Position numbers and translations under genes: made by a program
Shown here: piece by piece, positions 28,008-32,000 of the stretch
Numbering within the stretch: the first letter of the stretch is position 1
How the letters are laid out: each line of letters opens with the position of its first letter
The notes under the pieces: generated by a model
What the model saw: only the letters and a program-made list of their open reading frames with translations
Databases searched by the model: none
Told to the model about the DNA's origin: nothing
Assembly: GCF_014652915.1 (NCBI RefSeq)
Contig: NZ_BMZS01000012.1
Location: 33,231 to 65,230, forward strand
Origin: Thalassobaculum fulvum
Lineage (GTDB): Bacteria > Pseudomonadota > Alphaproteobacteria > Thalassobaculales > Thalassobaculaceae
Direction: 5' to 3'
Length of the DNA stretch: 32,000 nucleotides

Positions 28008-29372
28008 ATGACGGTCAGTCTCGGCTTCTACGGCGGGGTCGGCACGGTCACCGGCTCCAAGTTCCTGGTCGATGCGCCGGGTCGCCGGATCCTGGTCGAC
28101 TGCGGGCTGTTTCATGGCTTCAAGCCGTTGCGCGGCCGCAATTGGGAGCCGTTGCCGTTCGAGCCGGTATCGCTCGACGCAGTGGTGCTGACCCATGCGC
28201 ATCTGAGTCATTCCGGGCATCTGCCGATCCTGGTGCGCGACGGGTTTCGCGGTCCGGTCTACGCGACGTCGGCGACCCGGGACCTGTGCGAGATCCTGCT
28301 GCGCGACACCGGCTACCTGCAGGAGCGCGACGCCGAGTATGCCAACCGGCAGGGCTTCTCGCGGCACCACCCGGCACTGCCGCTGTTCTCCGAGGCCGAC
28401 GCGATGGCGGCGCTCGAGCGCTTCGTGCCGGTGCCGTTCGGCGAACCCTGGGCACTGGACGGCGGGGCGACGCTGCACTTCCGGCCGTCCGGCCATCTCC
28501 TGGGATCGGCCTCGGTCGCGCTCGACGTCGCCGGCGCCAGCCTCCTGTTTTCCGGCGATCTCGGCCGCTGGAACAGCGCGACCATGCTCGACCCGGCGAC
28601 GGTGGAGCGCGCCGACGTCCTGGTGGTCGAGTCCACATACGGCGACCGCATCCACGAGCCGGGAGACCCGGAGGACCGGCTGGTCGAGATCATCAACCGG
28701 GTTGTCGGCCGCGGCGGCACCATCCTGATCCCCGATTTCTCCGCCGGCCGCGCCCAGACCATGCTGTTCCACCTGTACCGGATGAAGGCGGAGGGCCGGA
28801 TCCCGGACGTCCCGGTCGTCGTCGACAGCCCGCGGGCGATCAACGCCGGGGAGATCTTCGGGCGGCACCTGGCCGACCACCGCCTGACCGCCGCCGAGTG
28901 CCGGGCCGCCTGCAATCTCGCGACCTATGTCCGTGACGACGAGGCGTCCCGGGCGCTCGACTCCGACCCGACGCCGAAGCTGGTGATGTCGGCCAGCCCG
29001 ATGGCGATGGACGGCCGGGTCCTGCACCACCTGACGCACCTGGCCCCGGACCCGCGCAACGCCATCCTGTTCACCGGCTACCAGGCCGGCGGCACGCGCG
29101 GCGCCAAGCTGATCGCCGGCGCCGACGCGGTGAAGATCCACGGGCGGATGGTGCCGGTGCGCGCCGAGGTCGCCAACCTGCATTGGCTGTCGTCGCACGC
29201 CGACGCCGACGAGATCATGCGGTGGCTCGACGGGTTCCGGGAGCCGCCGCGCCGGACCTTCGTGGTGCATGGCGAGGGCGACGCCCCGGCCGCGCTTCGG
29301 GCGCGGATCGCGGAGGATCTCGGCTGGTCGTGCGAGATCCCCGAAGACGGCAGCGTCGTGGAGCTGGGCTGA
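28008..29372 (+). CDS. Metallo-beta-lactamase-fold, beta-CASP-family protein (RNase J/CPSF-like hydrolase)
   Basis: 454 aa with GGGAGGA upstream. MBL motifs ILVDCG, THAHLSHSG, SGHLLGSA, LFSGDLG. Beta-CASP-type VVESTYG and the C-terminal LSSHAD. Confidence 0.85.
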   Translation: MTVSLGFYGGVGTVTGSKFLVDAPGRRILVDCGLFHGFKPLRGRNWEPLPFEPVSLDAVVLTHAHLSHSGHLPILVRDGFRGPVYATSATRDLCEILLRDTGYLQERDAEYANRQGFSRHHPALPLFSEADAMAALERFVPVPFGEPWALDGGATLHFRPSGHLLGSASVALDVAGASLLFSGDLGRWNSATMLDPATVERADVLVVESTYGDRIHEPGDPEDRLVEIINRVVGRGGTILIPDFSAGRAQTMLFHLYRMKAEGRIPDVPVVVDSPRAINAGEIFGRHLADHRLTAAECRAACNLATYVRDDEASRALDSDPTPKLVMSASPMAMDGRVLHHLTHLAPDPRNAILFTGYQAGGTRGAKLIAGADAVKIHGRMVPVRAEVANLHWLSSHADADEIMRWLDGFREPPRRTFVVHGEGDAPAALRARIAEDLGWSCEIPEDGSVVELG

Positions 29373-29375
29373 GCC

Positions 29376-30908
29376 ATGACCGGACCGTCGGAACTTCCGG
29401 GGGCAGGGTCGCACCGCGGGCTGCGGGTCCGGCGCCTCGGCATCGACACCCACCAGGAAGCGGTCGTCTACATGCGGCAGGACTGCCCGGTCTGCCGGGC
29501 CGAGGGCTTCCTGACCCACCCGCGGGTCCGGGTGCGCAGCCGGACGGCGTCGGCCATTGCGACGATCAACCAGGTCGTCAGCGGGCTGCTGCGGCCGCTC
29601 GAGGTCGGGCTGTCGGAGTCGGCCTGGCAGCGGCTCGGGGTCGCCGAGGGCGACGAGGTGTTCTTCAGCCATCCCGCACCGCTCGACTCGCTCAGCCTGC
29701 TGCGCGCCAAGATCTACGGCAGCCGGTTCGGGGACCGGGCGCTGGCGACCATCATCGGCGACATCGGTGCCGGCCGGTATTCCGACATCCATCTGGCGTC
29801 GTTCATAACGGCGTGTGCGGCGCGCGGGCTGGACGACCGCGAGATGCTGGAACTGACCCGTGCGATGGTCGCCTCCGGCGACCGGCTCGACTGGGGCGCC
29901 GGGCCGGTGGTCGACAAGCACTGCGTCGGCGGCCTGCCCGGCAACCGGACCACGCCGATCGTGGTGTCGATCGTCGCCGCCTGCGGCCTCACCATGCCGA
30001 AGACCTCGTCGCGCGCCATCACCTCGCCGGCCGGGACCGCCGACACCATGGAGACCATGGCTCCGGTCGACCTGGACCTGCCCGACATGCGGCGCGTGGT
30101 CGAGCAGGAGGGCGGTTGCGTGGTGTGGGGCGGTGCGGTCCGTCTCAGCCCGATCGACGACACCCTGATCCGGGTGGAGCGGGCGCTCGACATCGACAGC
30201 GAGGGACAGCTGGTCGCCTCGGTGCTGTCCAAGAAGGCGGCGGCCGGCTCGACCCATCTGGTCCTGGACCTGCCGGTCGGTCCGACGGCGAAGGTGCGGA
30301 GCGACGTCGACGCGGCGCGGCTGGAGGCCGCACTGACGCTCGTCGGGACCAGCCTCGGCATGCGGGTACGGTGCATCCGGACCGACGGCCGCCAGCCGGT
30401 CGGGCGCGGCATCGGCCCGGCGCTGGAGGCGCGCGACGTGCTGGCGGTCCTGCAGGACCGGGCCGACGCGCCTGCCGACCTGCGCGACCGGGCGCTGGCG
30501 CTGGCCGGGGCGCTGCTGGAACTCGGCGGGGCCGCCGCTGCTGGGGCCGGCGCCGCTGCCGCCGGTGCGGTGCTGGCGGACGGCAGGGCCTGGCGCAAGT
30601 TCCAGGCGATCTGCGAGGCCCAGGGCGGGATGCGGATGCCGCCGGTCGCCGCCTACCGTCATCCGGTGACGGCGGCGAAGGGCGGCCGCGTGACCGGCAT
30701 CGACAACCGGGCGATCGCCAAGGCGGCGAAGCTCGCCGGGGCGCCGTCGGCGAAAGCTGCCGGTCTCGACCTGCACGTCCGGCTGAACCAGACGGTGGCG
30801 GCCGGCGAGCCATTGTTCACCCTGCATGCGGAGTCCCAGGGCGAGCTCGACTACGCCCTGGACTACGTGTCGACCCATCCGCTCGCGGTGCGGGTCGAGG
30901 AGGCCTGA
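29376..30908 (+). CDS. Thymidine-phosphorylase-family protein, long form (AMP-phosphorylase-like)
   Basis: 510 aa starting 3 nt after the MBL gene. Core motif DKHCVGGLPGNRTTPIVVSIVAACGLTMPKTSSRAITSPAGTADTME. Carries an N-terminal extension of ~85-100 aa relative to DeoA-type enzymes. Confidence 0.85.
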   Translation: MTGPSELPGAGSHRGLRVRRLGIDTHQEAVVYMRQDCPVCRAEGFLTHPRVRVRSRTASAIATINQVVSGLLRPLEVGLSESAWQRLGVAEGDEVFFSHPAPLDSLSLLRAKIYGSRFGDRALATIIGDIGAGRYSDIHLASFITACAARGLDDREMLELTRAMVASGDRLDWGAGPVVDKHCVGGLPGNRTTPIVVSIVAACGLTMPKTSSRAITSPAGTADTMETMAPVDLDLPDMRRVVEQEGGCVVWGGAVRLSPIDDTLIRVERALDIDSEGQLVASVLSKKAAAGSTHLVLDLPVGPTAKVRSDVDAARLEAALTLVGTSLGMRVRCIRTDGRQPVGRGIGPALEARDVLAVLQDRADAPADLRDRALALAGALLELGGAAAAGAGAAAAGAVLADGRAWRKFQAICEAQGGMRMPPVAAYRHPVTAAKGGRVTGIDNRAIAKAAKLAGAPSAKAAGLDLHVRLNQTVAAGEPLFTLHAESQGELDYALDYVSTHPLAVRVEEA

Positions 30909-31828
30909 TGCGACCGCTCGTCCTGCCGCTGCCGGGCAACGAGGATTTGGCGGCCGATCTCACGGCCCGGCTCGGCGCCGAGGCGGGCGCGCTGCAGGTC
31001 CGCCGGTTCCCGGACGGCGAGACCTATGTGCGGCTGCTGACCGAGGTGGCCGGAAGACAGGTGGTCCTGGTCTGCACTCTGGACCGGCCCGACGACCGCC
31101 TGCTGCCGCTGGTGTTCGCGGCGGCGACGGCGCGCGAGCTGGGGGCCGAGAGGGTCGGACTGGTGTGCCCGTATCTCGGCTACATGCGCCAGGACAAGCG
31201 GTTCCAGCCGGGCGAGGCGATCAGCTCGGCGATCTTCGCCCGACTGCTCGACCCCTGGATCGACTGGCTGGTCACGGTCGATCCGCATCTGCACCGCCGG
31301 TCTTCGCTGTCCGAGATCTACGCGGCTCCCGCCGACGTCCTGCATGCCGCGCCGGCGATCGCCGCGTGGATCCGCCGGGAGGTGCCGCGGCCGCTGCTGG
31401 TCGGGCCGGACAGCGAGAGCGAGCAATGGGTGTCGGCGGTCGCCCGGGACGCCGCCGCTTCGTATGTGGTGCTCGAGAAGACCCGCCGCGGCGACCGCGA
31501 CGTCGAGGTCTCGGTCCCGGAGGTCGTGCGCTGGCGGGACCACACGCCGGTCCTGGTCGACGACATCGTCTCGACCGGCCGGACGATGATCGAGACCATC
31601 GGCCACCTGAGGCGCGCCGGCCTGGCGGCACCGGTCTGCATCGGCGTCCACGCCGTCTTCGCGGGCGACGCCTTCCGCGAGATCGCCGCCGCGGGCGCCG
31701 GGCGGACGGTCACCTGCAACTCGATCCGACACCCTTCGAACGCCATCGATCTGGGGCCGCTGCTGGCGGACGCGGTCCGGTCGCGTCTGGCGTCGGGGCA
31801 GTCGCCGAAGAGGCCCTCGCGGCCCTGA
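30908..31828 (+). CDS. prs: Ribose-phosphate pyrophosphokinase family protein
   Basis: 306 aa from ATG 30908 with a TGATG overlap with the upstream stop. Motifs RFPDGETYVRL, PYLGYMRQDKRF, VTVDPHLH, and the PRPP/ribose-P loop VLVDDIVSTGRTM. Confidence 0.85.
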   Translation: MRPLVLPLPGNEDLAADLTARLGAEAGALQVRRFPDGETYVRLLTEVAGRQVVLVCTLDRPDDRLLPLVFAAATARELGAERVGLVCPYLGYMRQDKRFQPGEAISSAIFARLLDPWIDWLVTVDPHLHRRSSLSEIYAAPADVLHAAPAIAAWIRREVPRPLLVGPDSESEQWVSAVARDAAASYVVLEKTRRGDRDVEVSVPEVVRWRDHTPVLVDDIVSTGRTMIETIGHLRRAGLAAPVCIGVHAVFAGDAFREIAAAGAGRTVTCNSIRHPSNAIDLGPLLADAVRSRLASGQSPKRPSRP

Positions 31829-31900
31829 TCGACCCGTGCCGGCCGCGGCGGGCGGCGGGTTGCTCAACCTTGACAGGCGGGGCTAAGGTCCCACTTGGTC

Positions 31901-32000
31901 ATGATGCGATCGACAGAAACCAGCGATCTGCTCACCGAAACGCCCCTGCACCTGATCGATGGCGTCGTAGAGGGCGGGGTCGACCTGCGGGTGTTCCGCC
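31901..32000 (+). CDS. Possible 5' end of an unidentified CDS (strand ambiguous)
   Basis: ATGATG at 31901 opens a frame to the window end (MMRSTETSDLLTETPLHLIDGVVEGGVDLRVFR). Its GC3>GC1>GC2 pattern is coding-like. The exact reverse-complement frame (31883-31999, ending in TAG) is also open, so strand and reality are uncertain. Confidence 0.3.
   Translation, partial: MMRSTETSDLLTETPLHLIDGVVEGGVDLRVFR

Noticed and set aside
27222-30878. 1218-aa minus-strand ORF antisense to hypE, the MBL gene and the TP-family gene
   Set aside because: It has no recognisable motifs and an extreme R/G/P/A/D composition. The opposite strand carries three proteins with clear family signatures. It is a typical stop-codon-poor antisense frame in GC-rich DNA.
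386-31867. Numerous other long antisense or off-frame ORFs (e.g. 386..1441-, 2177..3352-, 7078..8073-, 8256..9383-, 9855..11273-, 10939..12270-, 12162..13247-, 13710..14804-, 14892..16409+, 16473..17879-, 17761..19794-, 19100..20530-, 21139..22647-, 30863..31867-)
   Set aside because: Each overlaps a motif-supported gene in another frame or strand and has Arg/Pro/Gly-rich composition without domain signatures. No evidence of genuine overlapping genes can be drawn from sequence alone.
31883-31999. 3' end of a minus-strand CDS (…AEHPQVDPALYDAIDQVQGRFGEQIAGFCRSHHDQVGP*)
   Set aside because: It is the exact reverse-complement frame of the plus-strand ATG-initiated frame. The plus frame has the more coding-like GC3>GC1 bias. 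Neither can be confirmed from ~100 nt, so I listed only the plus-strand option, at low confidence.
1-32000. Search for CRISPR repeats, tRNA/rRNA genes, IS elements, integrases, toxin-antitoxin or phage-defence genes
   Set aside because: I saw no regularly spaced direct repeats, no cloverleaf-like or rRNA-like conserved stretches, no transposase or recombinase motifs, and no defence-associated domains. The window looks like core or accessory metabolism rather than a mobile or defence island.

Overview
Very GC-rich, densely coding, proteobacterial-type chromosomal segment. I found no rRNA, tRNA, CRISPR array, transposase or integrase. Product calls rest on motifs I recognise by eye; no database search was possible. 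The window has four blocks. (1) 1-3361: 3' part of a PotD-type ABC importer (binding protein, two permeases, ATPase). (2) 3421-17840: a catabolic island of unknown substrate. It holds a GFA-family Zn protein, a MocR-type regulator translationally coupled to a GMC flavoenzyme, an enolase-superfamily enzyme, a DAO-type FAD oxidoreductase, a second Pot-type ABC importer, a maleate-isomerase/arylmalonate-decarboxylase-like protein, an amidase and a class III aminotransferase. Two operon leaders share a conserved ~45-55 bp element with an 18-nt core, probably the MocR operator. (3) 17968-27962: a complete cytosolic group 3b-like [NiFe]-hydrogenase operon (beta, gamma, delta, alpha) followed by the endopeptidase and hypA-like, hypF, hypC, hypD, hypE. 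It has three oddities: a stand-alone, Cys-rich cyclic-nucleotide-binding-domain protein between the beta and gamma subunits, a HypA lacking its whole Zn-finger domain, and no hypB. (4) 28008-31828: a tightly coupled triad of a beta-CASP metallo-beta-lactamase protein, a long AMP-phosphorylase-like thymidine-phosphorylase-family protein and a ribose-phosphate pyrophosphokinase. I consider this triad, sitting directly downstream of the hydrogenase genes, and the embedded CNB protein the best candidates for uncharacterised biology. Many long antisense or out-of-frame ORFs in the track are GC-content artefacts and were rejected.
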